Shown one piece after another: positions 47,000-55,223 of a DNA stretch of 64,000 bases. Source of the stretch: Candidatus Zixiibacteriota bacterium (GTDB lineage Bacteria > RBG-13-66-14 > B26-G2 > WVWN01); the NCBI GenBank assembly GCA_050117845.1, contig JASFLY010000003.1, positions 24,851-88,850 on the forward strand. The letters run 5' to 3'. Position numbers and translations under genes: made by a program. The notes below the pieces were generated by a model. That model was not told the DNA's origin and did no database searches. It was given only the letters and a program-made list of their open reading frames with translations. How positions within the stretch are numbered: the first letter of the stretch is position 1; each line of letters opens with the position of its first letter.

Positions 47000-47581
47000 T
47001 TACTTCTGTTCCAGCCGATCCAGAATCCAGCGGCCGTCGTTCCGGCCTTCCGGCGCTTTCTCGTCCGGGAAGTTGCCGAACGCTTCTACCAGGCTCTCGC
47101 CCTTTATTTTTTCCTGGAGCTTGAGGCAGCCGTGCATCAGCGCCTCGGGGCGCGGCGGGCAACCGGGGACGAATACGTCCACCGGGATTATCTTGTCGAT
47201 ACCCTTGAGGACGCTGTAAGCGTCGTAGTAGAAGCCGCCGCCCGATATGGCGCAGGAGCCCATCGCGATGACGTAACGCGGCTCGGCGAGCTGCTCCCAG
47301 AGGCGGCGGATGCGGGGGGCCATCTTGAGGGTGATGGTCCCGGAGATGAACATCATGTCGGACTGACGGGGCGTGGCCCGGAACATCATGCCGTAGCGGT
47401 CGAGGTCGTAGCGCGAGGCCCCGGCGGCCATCATCTCGATGGCGCAACAGGCCAGGCCGAAGATCATGTACCACACGCTCGACGCCCGCGACCAGTTGAG
47501 AACCTTCTCGGTACTCATCGTCAACAAGCTGCCGCCCGGCAGCTTCTCCCAGTAGACGGGGAGCTTCGCGATTACGCCCAC
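47000..47581 (-). CDS. nuoB: NADH-quinone oxidoreductase subunit B
   Basis: …[27 protein letters not shown]…MGSCAISGG…[11 protein letters not shown]…; conserved cluster-N2 cysteines. Confidence 0.9.
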   Translation of the reverse strand: MGVIAKLPVYWEKLPGGSLLTMSTEKVLNWSRASSVWYMIFGLACCAIEMMAAGASRYDLDRYGMMFRATPRQSDMMFISGTITLKMAPRIRRLWEQLAEPRYVIAMGSCAISGGGFYYDAYSVLKGIDKIIPVDVFVPGCPPRPEALMHGCLKLQEKIKGESLVEAFGNFPDEKAPEGRNDGRWILDRLEQK

Positions 47582-47937
47582 TTCAGGGCCCCTTTCCGCC
47601 AGGCGTAGGCGAGCGCGATAAGCAGTATCCCGATGAATACCATCATCTCGACGAAGGCGTACAGGCCCAACTTCTTCGCCGCTACCGCCCAGGGCAAAAG
47701 AAAAGCCGCCTCGACGTCGAAGACCACGAACGCCAGGGCGATCAGATAAAAGCGAACGTTATACTGGACCCAGGCGGTACCCCGGGTCGTTTCGCCGCAC
47801 TCGTAAATATCGCGCTTCATGCGGCTCGGCCGCTGGGGGCGAATGAACCAAGCCCCAATCAGCGCGGCGGCGACAAAGAACAGGCCGAACCCTATAAAGA
47901 ACGCGACGAACGCGTAATCCGTCAGCAAACGTAACAC
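47572..47937 (-). CDS. nuoA: NADH-quinone oxidoreductase subunit A
   Basis: 121 aa, 3 TM helices; …[43 protein letters not shown]…. Confidence 0.85.
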   Translation of the reverse strand: MLRLLTDYAFVAFFIGFGLFFVAAALIGAWFIRPQRPSRMKRDIYECGETTRGTAWVQYNVRFYLIALAFVVFDVEAAFLLPWAVAAKKLGLYAFVEMMVFIGILLIALAYAWRKGALKWA

Positions 47938-48009
47938 CTCACTAGATTTTAATCACTCGATAACACAGCTCCAGGCCGAAGTCAAGCTTTTTGTGATTAT
48001 CGGCACGGA

Positions 48010-48038
48010 TTGACCCGTGCGGCCCCTCGTGCTAATAT
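48010..48038 (+). promoter_or_regulatory. Consensus-like sigma70 promoter (TTGACC-17-TAATAT) overlapping the annotated 5' end of the radical SAM gene
   Basis: ggaTTGACCcgtgcggcccctcgtgcTAATATacgatg. The predicted TSS at ~48045 is adjacent to an in-frame GTG at 48047; the track GTG at 48017 lies inside the spacer. Confidence 0.5.
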
Positions 48039-49195
48039 ACGATGGCGTGTCCGACATCCTACATTATGTAAAAAAAGTCGCCCGGCGCTCGCCGGGCGAA
48101 GTCCTCCGGGAGGCGGCCAAACGAAGCCGCGTCGCCCTAAAACTGGAGCGGCCCCTAGGCCGCGGCCGGGCCCTCTCGCCGTACGCCGTCAGCTTCTGGG
48201 TCACCCGGCGCTGCAACCTCCGGTGCGATATGTGTTGGGTCGAGCAGTCCCGCGAACTCGAGGGCGACGGCTACCTCCTGTCGGAAAACGAGCTGAATTT
48301 GTCCGAGTTGACCGGCGTGGTGGACGACCTGGCGCGGCGCTGGCGACCCCGCATCGGCATCACCGGCGGCGAGCCCTTCGTCCGCCGCGACACGCTCGAC
48401 TTCATCCGGCACGTCAAAAACCGGGGCCTACGCTGCGGCGTCAACACCAACGGGACCTTCCTCGCCCGCGACGCCGAAGAGCTGATCGAGGCCGGCCTCG
48501 ACAGCATCATGGTCTCCGTGGACGGTCCGCCCGCCGTCCACGACCAACAGCGCCGCGTCCCCGGCACCTTCGTAAAAACGAAGGAAGGCATCGACGCCCT
48601 GCTGGCCGCCCGGGGCCGGGCCGGCGCCGGCCGGCCCTACGTCAAACTCACCTGCACCGTCACGAACGCCAACGTCGACGCGTTGGCCGACATACCCGCG
48701 CTCTTCACCGACCTCCCGCTCGACGAGTTCACGTTCCAGCATCTCTGGTTCACCGAGGCCGAGACCGCCCGGGCCCAACGAAAACTCTTCACCGAAATCT
48801 TCGGCCAGGACACGACGTACCTGGAAGGCTTCGTCTCGCCGGAAATCCCGCCGGTGGACGTGGGTCGGCTCCGGGGCGCGGTCGAGGCCGTCGCGAGAAA
48901 GAGCTGGCCCTTCCCCGTTAACTTCTATCCGGCGCTGGGGCCGGACGAACTGGGCCCCTTCTACGAGGACCCGCGGCACGCGTTCCGCCGGTCCTGTTTC
49001 TCCCGCTGGCTCCGCGTGGACGTACTGCCCGACGGCACCGTCACGCCCTGCCTCGGCCTGGCGGTGGGAAACGTACGCGAAAAGCCGATAAACGAAATAT
49101 GGAACGGCCCGACTTTCCGCCGCTTCCGCCGCGAGCTGGGCCGAAGAGGAACCTTTCCCGGCTGCGAACGATGTTGCGGTTTATTCAGTGATTAA
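48017..49195 (+). CDS. Radical SAM protein with C-terminal SPASM/twitch Cys-rich domain (true start probably the GTG at ~48047)
   Basis: CxxxCxxC motif (…FWVTRRCNLRCDMCWVE…), a GGEP-like motif (…IGITGGEPFVRRD…) and a C-terminal Cys cluster (…VTPCLGLAVGNV…FPGCERCCGLF). Confidence 0.8.
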   Translation: MRPLVLIYDGVSDILHYVKKVARRSPGEVLREAAKRSRVALKLERPLGRGRALSPYAVSFWVTRRCNLRCDMCWVEQSRELEGDGYLLSENELNLSELTGVVDDLARRWRPRIGITGGEPFVRRDTLDFIRHVKNRGLRCGVNTNGTFLARDAEELIEAGLDSIMVSVDGPPAVHDQQRRVPGTFVKTKEGIDALLAARGRAGAGRPYVKLTCTVTNANVDALADIPALFTDLPLDEFTFQHLWFTEAETARAQRKLFTEIFGQDTTYLEGFVSPEIPPVDVGRLRGAVEAVARKSWPFPVNFYPALGPDELGPFYEDPRHAFRRSCFSRWLRVDVLPDGTVTPCLGLAVGNVREKPINEIWNGPTFRRFRRELGRRGTFPGCERCCGLFSD

Positions 49196-49210
49196 CGCCT
49201 AAAAGACGGC

Positions 49211-49239
49211 TTGAAGCGAACGGCGGGCCGTGTTAATAT
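49211..49239 (+). promoter_or_regulatory. Sigma70-type promoter (TTGAAG-17-TAATAT) for the first GT-C-like gene
   Basis: ggcTTGAAGcgaacggcgggccgtgtTAATATcc, with the same TAATAT -10 as the rSAM promoter; ~70-nt leader to the ATG at 49318. Confidence 0.45.
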
Positions 49240-49317
49240 CCTCGCCTAACTCCGGCCTCCAAGTCCCCCGGGCCGGCCGAATACCCAACCCTTTTACCGC
49301 TCATTACCGCCGAAGTT

Positions 49318-50928
49318 ATGGACGATAACAAACGCGAACGTAACGACCGCATACGCTTATGGGCCGGGCGCCTGGCGCCGGCCGGAGCGTTCGCCTTCAA
49401 GCTGGCCGTATCGCTGGGCTTCCTCGTATATTACGTCCGGCACTTTAAACGGATAATGTACATCGCCGACGGCCCCGGCCGCGGCATCGAGGCGTACACT
49501 CTCGCCTACGCCGGGTTCGACCTCTTCCCCCGGCACCAGTTCCCGCCGCTGCCTCTTTGGATATGGTCGGGCCTGTTGAAGATTTGGCCGGACATTTACT
49601 TCACCGGGACGGCGATGAACATCGTCGCCGGCTGCGGCATCGCCCTCTTCCTTTACCTCCTGGGGCGGCGCCTGGCCGGGCCGTTGGCGGGAGCGGTGGC
49701 GGTAATCGCGTTCACCTTCTCTCCCGTTCACCACAACCTGACGGTCACGATGGGCATGGCGGAGCCGGTCTTTTACTTCTGGCTCGTGGCGGGCGTGTTC
49801 TTCGCGGCCCGGGCGGAGGCCGGCCTGCGGGGCGCGGCGGGCGCGGCCTTCTGCTTCGCCGCCGCGGCGCTCAGCCGCTATGAGGGTACGGCCTTCCTCA
49901 TCCTGTACTCGGCCTATCGCCTCTTCCGCCACCGGCCCCGGACGGTCCTGGCCTGGGTCCTCTACTTTATCCCGCTCGCCGTCGCGGGCGTCTTCGTGGC
50001 CCACAAGGGCCTCCAGCCCAGCCACGCGGGTTTGTGGCCGGCGCTCGCCGGCGTCCGCGCCGACACCTCGGCGGTCCTTTCCAACCCGACGTGGTACCGG
50101 CGCCTGGGTTACGGCGTATACCGTTTCCTCTTCGACGGCCGCGCCACGGCCGTACTGGCCTTCGCCGGTGCGATTCTCGTCTTCCGAAAAAAGTGGCTGC
50201 GCGCCGACCGCTTCATGATCTGGCTGGCGTGGGCGCTTATCTTCACCGCCCTCACGGCTATCGCCGTCATAGTCGGCCTGGGCTTCTGCCCGGAGCGCTA
50301 CTTCGCCACGCCGCTCATGCTCATCTTCCCGTTCGCCGGCCTGGCCGTGGTGGAACTCGTCCAGTTCGTAAAACCGCCCGCGAAGGCCGTCAAGGCCGTC
50401 GTCGTGGGCGCGATCCTAATCACGTCGCTCTACGTCACGGCGCGATGGGATTACGTGATAATCAAGCCCGGATACGGCTTCCCCGGCCCCTGCAACACCC
50501 GACCCGCCTTCGCCACCGAGACGGCCCTTCGGCTCCGGGAACTCTGGCGCGGCGGCCGGCTCGGCCCCCAGGAAGTCGTGCTGATAGAAATCGGCGAACC
50601 GGGTTCGACCGGCTCGTGGCGTTTCGAGGAATACCCGTTGCGGGCCTTCAGCGACCACCCCCTGCACTTCCTACGGGAGACGGAATCCGAGCTGACGCCG
50701 GAGCTCGATTACCTCGTACCGCTCCTGCGCGAGAACGACATGCGTATCGCGATCGTTTGTAGCGATACGAACCGGGAGCTTCTGCGCCGGCACTACGACG
50801 AAATCCTCCCGGACGCCGTCATATACGACAACCCGACGCAGACCATAGTGGTCCTACGCGAGAGGTGGGAAAAGATACCCGACTTCGCGTCCCGTATTTG
50901 CCCGGACGAAGTCACGGTATACGAATAG
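49318..50928 (+). CDS. Polytopic membrane protein, putative GT-C-fold glycosyltransferase (ArnT/PMT-like), copy 1
   Basis: 536 aa. About 11 predicted TM helices fill the first ~350 aa, then a soluble C-terminal ~180-aa domain. It is paralogous to the next gene, with shared blocks (…YIADGPGRGIEAYTLAYAGFDLF…FSPVHHNLTVTMGMAEP…ALSRYEGTAFLILYSAYRLFRHRPR…GYGFPGPC…). Confidence 0.55.
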   Translation: MDDNKRERNDRIRLWAGRLAPAGAFAFKLAVSLGFLVYYVRHFKRIMYIADGPGRGIEAYTLAYAGFDLFPRHQFPPLPLWIWSGLLKIWPDIYFTGTAMNIVAGCGIALFLYLLGRRLAGPLAGAVAVIAFTFSPVHHNLTVTMGMAEPVFYFWLVAGVFFAARAEAGLRGAAGAAFCFAAAALSRYEGTAFLILYSAYRLFRHRPRTVLAWVLYFIPLAVAGVFVAHKGLQPSHAGLWPALAGVRADTSAVLSNPTWYRRLGYGVYRFLFDGRATAVLAFAGAILVFRKKWLRADRFMIWLAWALIFTALTAIAVIVGLGFCPERYFATPLMLIFPFAGLAVVELVQFVKPPAKAVKAVVVGAILITSLYVTARWDYVIIKPGYGFPGPCNTRPAFATETALRLRELWRGGRLGPQEVVLIEIGEPGSTGSWRFEEYPLRAFSDHPLHFLRETESELTPELDYLVPLLRENDMRIAIVCSDTNRELLRRHYDEILPDAVIYDNPTQTIVVLRERWEKIPDFASRICPDEVTVYE

Positions 50929-51005
50929 CGCGCCCCCGCCGGGAACGGCGGCGGGCACGGCACAAGTAGGAAGGGATCGTAGTTACGCACACCGAGAGGG
51001 AAGCG

Positions 51006-52610
51006 GTGCATTCCCGGAAGAAAACGGAGTGGTTGGGTCGGCTCGCGCCGTGGGGATTCTTCGCCCTTAAAATCCTCGTATCCATCTATTCCCTCCACCG
51101 GTACATGCCCCACTACCTAAGGTTGACCTATATCGCCGACGGGCCGGCCCGCGGCATAGAGGCCTTCAACCTGGCGTACGGCGACTTCGGCGTTTTTAAA
51201 ACCTACCAATTCCTGCCCATGCAGATATGGCTCTGGGCGGGCCTCCTTAAAATATATCCCGACGTTTATTGGACAGGGACGGCGCTGAACGTCGCGTTCG
51301 CCGCCGGCACGACGGTCCTCCTTTACCTCCTGGGGCGCGAACTCGCGGGGCCGGCGGCCGGGGCGCTGGCGGCCGTCCTCTTTATCTTTTCGCCCGTGCA
51401 CCATTGCCTGACCATCTCGGAGGGGATGGCGGAAAGCATATTCTTCTTCTGGAACGCCGCCGGCATATACGCCGCGGCCCGGGCGGCGCGGGAAGGACGC
51501 GGCGAGTGGGTGGCCGGCCTCTGCTTCGGCGCCGCCGCCCTGACGCGCTACGAGAGCGCGGCCCTGCTCATCCTCTACTCGGCCTACCGGCTGTTCCGAG
51601 CGCGGCCGCGGAGCGCCGGCGGGTGGCTGCTCTGGGCGGCGCCTTTGGCGGCCGTGGCCGTTGTACTGGGCCACAAGGCCATGCTCGCCGCGCACGTGGG
51701 CGTTCGTCACGACCTCGCCGGCGTCAAGGGCGACAGCGAACTCGTACTGCCCGGGGCGTTGTGGTACGAGCGGGTCGCCTACGGCCTGACGCGCGTCTGG
51801 CGGGACGGCCGGGTGTTCGGCCTCCTGGGCGCCGCCGGCTTCTTCCTCGTTTGGCTGCGCGGCATACGCAACGAAAGCCGGCTCCTGATATGGGGCGGCC
51901 TCGCCGCCCTGCTGGTCGGCGTATCGACCGTATTCGCGGTAGTCGGCCTGGGCCTGGGGCCGGAGCGGCACTTCTCCATCATACTGATGTTCTTGTTCCC
52001 CTTCGCCGGCCTTACCGTCACGGAGGCGTGGCGCCGGGCGCGGGGCCTCGCGTTAAAAATCGTCCTGATCGTATTATTGGCGGCCGCCGGCGCTTACACC
52101 GTTTATTTCGACTCGGCCATCAAGGACTACGGTTACGGCTTCCCGGGGCCATGTTACTCCTGCATGACCGTGGACGCGGAGCTGGCCCTCAAGCTCCGGG
52201 ACCTCTGGCGCTCGGGGGAACTCGGGCCGGACGAGATAATATATATGGAACAAAACGACGGCAATTTCAGCAACTACCCGATCCAGGCGTACAGCAACCG
52301 GCCGCGGAACTTCTACGTCAGCCCCGCCTACCAGTCGGAACGGGACCTCTGGTACCTCGATTATATAATGGAGACGAACGGGTTCCGCGTCGCCATATTC
52401 GTGAACGCGGTTACCCGCCACCAGTTGAAATCCTTCTATCGGGCCCTGGGAAAGAAGTACGTCATCTACGAAACGCCGGCCCACTCGCTCGTCGTGCGGC
52501 GCGACGGATGGCCGCGCGGCCTCCCCGATTTCCGGTCGGCCCGCCACCCCCGGCAATCCCGCGTAGTCGACTACGGCTCGCCCGACGCCGTAATAAAAAG
52601 GACGCCCTGA
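51006..52610 (+). CDS. Paralog of the preceding putative GT-C-fold membrane glycosyltransferase, copy 2
   Basis: 534 aa with the same architecture and blocks (…YIADGPARGIEAFNLAYGDFGVF…FSPVHHCLTISEGMAES…ALTRYESAALLILYSAYRLFRARPR…GYGFPGPC…). Confidence 0.55.
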   Translation: MHSRKKTEWLGRLAPWGFFALKILVSIYSLHRYMPHYLRLTYIADGPARGIEAFNLAYGDFGVFKTYQFLPMQIWLWAGLLKIYPDVYWTGTALNVAFAAGTTVLLYLLGRELAGPAAGALAAVLFIFSPVHHCLTISEGMAESIFFFWNAAGIYAAARAAREGRGEWVAGLCFGAAALTRYESAALLILYSAYRLFRARPRSAGGWLLWAAPLAAVAVVLGHKAMLAAHVGVRHDLAGVKGDSELVLPGALWYERVAYGLTRVWRDGRVFGLLGAAGFFLVWLRGIRNESRLLIWGGLAALLVGVSTVFAVVGLGLGPERHFSIILMFLFPFAGLTVTEAWRRARGLALKIVLIVLLAAAGAYTVYFDSAIKDYGYGFPGPCYSCMTVDAELALKLRDLWRSGELGPDEIIYMEQNDGNFSNYPIQAYSNRPRNFYVSPAYQSERDLWYLDYIMETNGFRVAIFVNAVTRHQLKSFYRALGKKYVIYETPAHSLVVRRDGWPRGLPDFRSARHPRQSRVVDYGSPDAVIKRTP

Positions 52611-52639
52611 CGGGCGCCCGGCGTCGGCGTAGGATTAGC

Positions 52640-53389
52640 TTATTGTTCGACCGCGGCCTGCGGCATTCCCAAATGCACCAGGCCCAGGTTCATAAAGCCG
52701 TTCACGATTTTCAATAGGTACAACTGGTCGTCGATGTTCAGCCGCCGGGCCATATCCCGGATGGTCAACCCCTGTTCGGCCAGGTGGAGAATCTCCCGCT
52801 CCATGGAGGAGAATTCGTAGTCGCCGCGCAACAGCTCCGCCAGCGGCCTCGTCTCTTTGTGGATAACGAGATCCACCGACGGGATCCTCCGGCTGATACG
52901 CTTGTAGTCGTCCATCCTCTTCGTCGATTCCATCACGAGTTCCGTAACCGAGATGGAGACCGTTATGTCCTCGTCGAGGCGGTAGGGCGTAAGCTCGTAG
53001 GTGAACGTCCCGTCCTCGATCAGGAACATGTCGAAGAGTTTTATTTTAATTTTACGTTGGATGAAGTCGACCAGCGTCTCCCGGCCTATCGTCCCCCGGT
53101 GCAGGAGGAAAGTGCCGAAGCGGGGCTTCTCGGCGCCGGAGTCCTCGTATTCGCGCAGGGCCCGCGTCAATTGCTCGCGCTTGATGACGCCGGCGTTCAC
53201 GAGATCCTCGCCGAGGGGCGCGTATTTCTTGCTGGAATCGGCGTAAATTACGAAGCCGTCGTCGAAGTAGGTGCGATACCAAACGCCGAATTCGTCGTCC
53301 ACCGTCAGGATGCAGGTCCGCCGGCCCAGTTGGACTATCTGAAACAGGTCCACTAACGTCAGGTCTCGTACGTTGCCGATTACCGCCAT
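52640..53389 (-). CDS. DUF4388 domain-containing protein
   Basis: N-terminal MAVIGNVRDLTLVDLFQIVQLGRRTCILTV… matches the DUF4388 signature (GxLxxxxLxDLLQxL…tGxL). Confidence 0.5.
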   Translation of the reverse strand: MAVIGNVRDLTLVDLFQIVQLGRRTCILTVDDEFGVWYRTYFDDGFVIYADSSKKYAPLGEDLVNAGVIKREQLTRALREYEDSGAEKPRFGTFLLHRGTIGRETLVDFIQRKIKIKLFDMFLIEDGTFTYELTPYRLDEDITVSISVTELVMESTKRMDDYKRISRRIPSVDLVIHKETRPLAELLRGDYEFSSMEREILHLAEQGLTIRDMARRLNIDDQLYLLKIVNGFMNLGLVHLGMPQAAVEQ

Positions 53390-53588
53390 AAGTCAAGGCC
53401 GCCTCGTTTGGAAACGCCGTTGCGCCGGTGAAACGAAGTTATGTCGTTTTTCATTATAACAATGAGGCCCTTTCCGGTCAAGCGAACACAACTATAAGGG
53501 GAACGCCGGTTCCGCTTGACCGAAACGCCGTTATCGGTTATATTCTCCACAACGAAGCTCTTTTCGGCTCTTTCCACCGAGGTGCGAT

Positions 53589-54803
53589 ATGGGAAACGAC
53601 GGACCCCAGCTCTCCGCCCGGGCGGCCGCCCTGCCGGCCTCGCCCATCCGCAAGTTAATACCGCTCGCCGACGGCGCCAAAAAGCGGGGCGTTCACGTGT
53701 ATCACCTCAACATCGGCCAGCCCGACATCCCGTCGCCCGAGGCATTCCTCCGCGCGCTGGGGGAATTCCCGGAAAAGGTAATCGCGTACGGCCGCTCCGA
53801 AGGGGAACCGCCGCTCCGGGAGGCCTACCGGGAATACTACGGCCGCTTCGGCCTCGACCTCGCCGTCGAGAATATCATGGTGACGACCGGCGGCTCCGAA
53901 GCCCTGCTCTTCGCGTTCTTCTGCGTCGCCGCCGCGGGCGAAGAGGTAATCGTCTTCGAGCCCTTTTACACCAACTACAACGGCTTCGCGGACGTCGTGG
54001 GCGTTAAGTTCAAGCCGCTCGCGACCGAGCCCGGCAGCGGCTACCACCTCCCCGCGCCGGACGCGATCGAGGCCGCCATCGGCCCCAAGACCCGGGCCAT
54101 CGCCCTCTGCAACCCCAACAACCCCACCGGGACCGTTTACGGCGACGACGAACTCCGCGCCGTCGCCGAGCTGGCGAAACGGCACAACCTCTTCATTATC
54201 TCGGACGAGGTGTACCGCGAATTCGTTTACGACGGCCTGACCCACACGTCGATGCTCTCCTACCCCGACGTGGCATCCCGCGTCGTCGTTACCGATAGTC
54301 TGTCGAAGCGCTTCAGCGCCTGCGGCGCGCGCATCGGCTGCCTGGTTTCGCGCAACGCCGAATTCATGGCCGCGGCGCTCAAGCTCGGCCAGGCCCGCCT
54401 CTCCCCGCCGGTGGTGGAGGAGTTCGCGGCGACCGCGGCCCTACGGCTCGCGCCGTCGGAATACGTCGAACCGATGATCGCGGAATTCGCCCGGCGCCGA
54501 GACGTCGTATACGGCGCGGTGGCCGACATGCCGGGCGTTCTGGCCTACAAACCGTCGGGCGCTTTCTACATGGCTCCCGAGTTCCCGGTGGACGACGCCG
54601 AGAAATTCGTGTCCTGGATGCTCACGGACTTCGAGCACGAGGGCGCGACCACCATGCTCGCGCCGGCGAACGGCTTCTACGCCACGCCGGGCGCAGGCCT
54701 GCGGGAGGCGCGTATCGCGTACGTCCTCAACGAAGGCGACCTGGGCCGGGCGATGACTTGCCTGGCCGAGGGCCTGAAACAATACCCGGGGCGGAGTTCC
54801 TAG
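53589..54803 (+). CDS. Pyridoxal-phosphate-dependent aminotransferase, class I (aspartate/aromatic aminotransferase family)
   Basis: …NIMVTTGGSEALLFAFFCVAAAGEEVIVFEPFYTNY…ALCNPNNPTGTVY…ISDEVYREFVYDG…SLSKRFSACGARIG…. Confidence 0.85.
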   Translation: MGNDGPQLSARAAALPASPIRKLIPLADGAKKRGVHVYHLNIGQPDIPSPEAFLRALGEFPEKVIAYGRSEGEPPLREAYREYYGRFGLDLAVENIMVTTGGSEALLFAFFCVAAAGEEVIVFEPFYTNYNGFADVVGVKFKPLATEPGSGYHLPAPDAIEAAIGPKTRAIALCNPNNPTGTVYGDDELRAVAELAKRHNLFIISDEVYREFVYDGLTHTSMLSYPDVASRVVVTDSLSKRFSACGARIGCLVSRNAEFMAAALKLGQARLSPPVVEEFAATAALRLAPSEYVEPMIAEFARRRDVVYGAVADMPGVLAYKPSGAFYMAPEFPVDDAEKFVSWMLTDFEHEGATTMLAPANGFYATPGAGLREARIAYVLNEGDLGRAMTCLAEGLKQYPGRSS

Positions 54804-55223
54804 GTGGCCCGGCCGGACAAAACCCTCCCCGAGGGCACGACCTTCCGCGGCGAGAAGCTGAACGCGAAAGATAAAGCCCTGCTCGCCGCCGCCGAAGCGG
54901 ACGACCTCAAGGCGCGGGACATCGTCGTTCTCGACGTCCGGGAGTTCCCTTCGCTGGCCGAGTACTTCGTAATATGCACCGGCGACACCAAGCGGCACCT
55001 CCGCGGTATCGCCGGCCGCCTGAAGGACGCTGCCGACGAGCACGACTTCGCCGTCCATCACACCGAGGGCCTCGACATGGCCCGGTGGATACTTGTGGAC
55101 CTCAATAACGTCGTCGTCCACATCTTCGACCCGGAAGCGCGGAACCATTACGAGCTCGAGCGCCTCTGGGGCGACGCGGCCCGCGTCCCCTTCGCCCCTC
55201 CCCAACCCCCCGGAAAAAAATAA
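54804..55223 (+). CDS. rsfS: Ribosome silencing factor RsfS (Iojap family)
   Basis: …KARDIVVLDVREFPSLAEYFVICTGDTKRHLRGIAGRLKD…ARWILVDLNNVVVHIF…; the real start may lie downstream of the first in-frame start. Confidence 0.8.
   Translation: MARPDKTLPEGTTFRGEKLNAKDKALLAAAEADDLKARDIVVLDVREFPSLAEYFVICTGDTKRHLRGIAGRLKDAADEHDFAVHHTEGLDMARWILVDLNNVVVHIFDPEARNHYELERLWGDAARVPFAPPQPPGKK

Noticed and set aside
46953-47474. Upstream 174-codon extension of nuoC (track ORF 46458..47474)
   Set aside because: Overlaps nuoB in another frame with HP/RR-rich nonsense. NuoC homology begins at MSNAAFDK (ATG ~46952).
50929-51005. GC hairpin (ccgccgggaacggcggcgg) between the two GT-C paralogs, considered as a terminator
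   Set aside because: No T-tract follows it, and the downstream paralog lacks an obvious separate promoter. More likely an intra-operon stem (RNA stability or attenuation), but unsupported.
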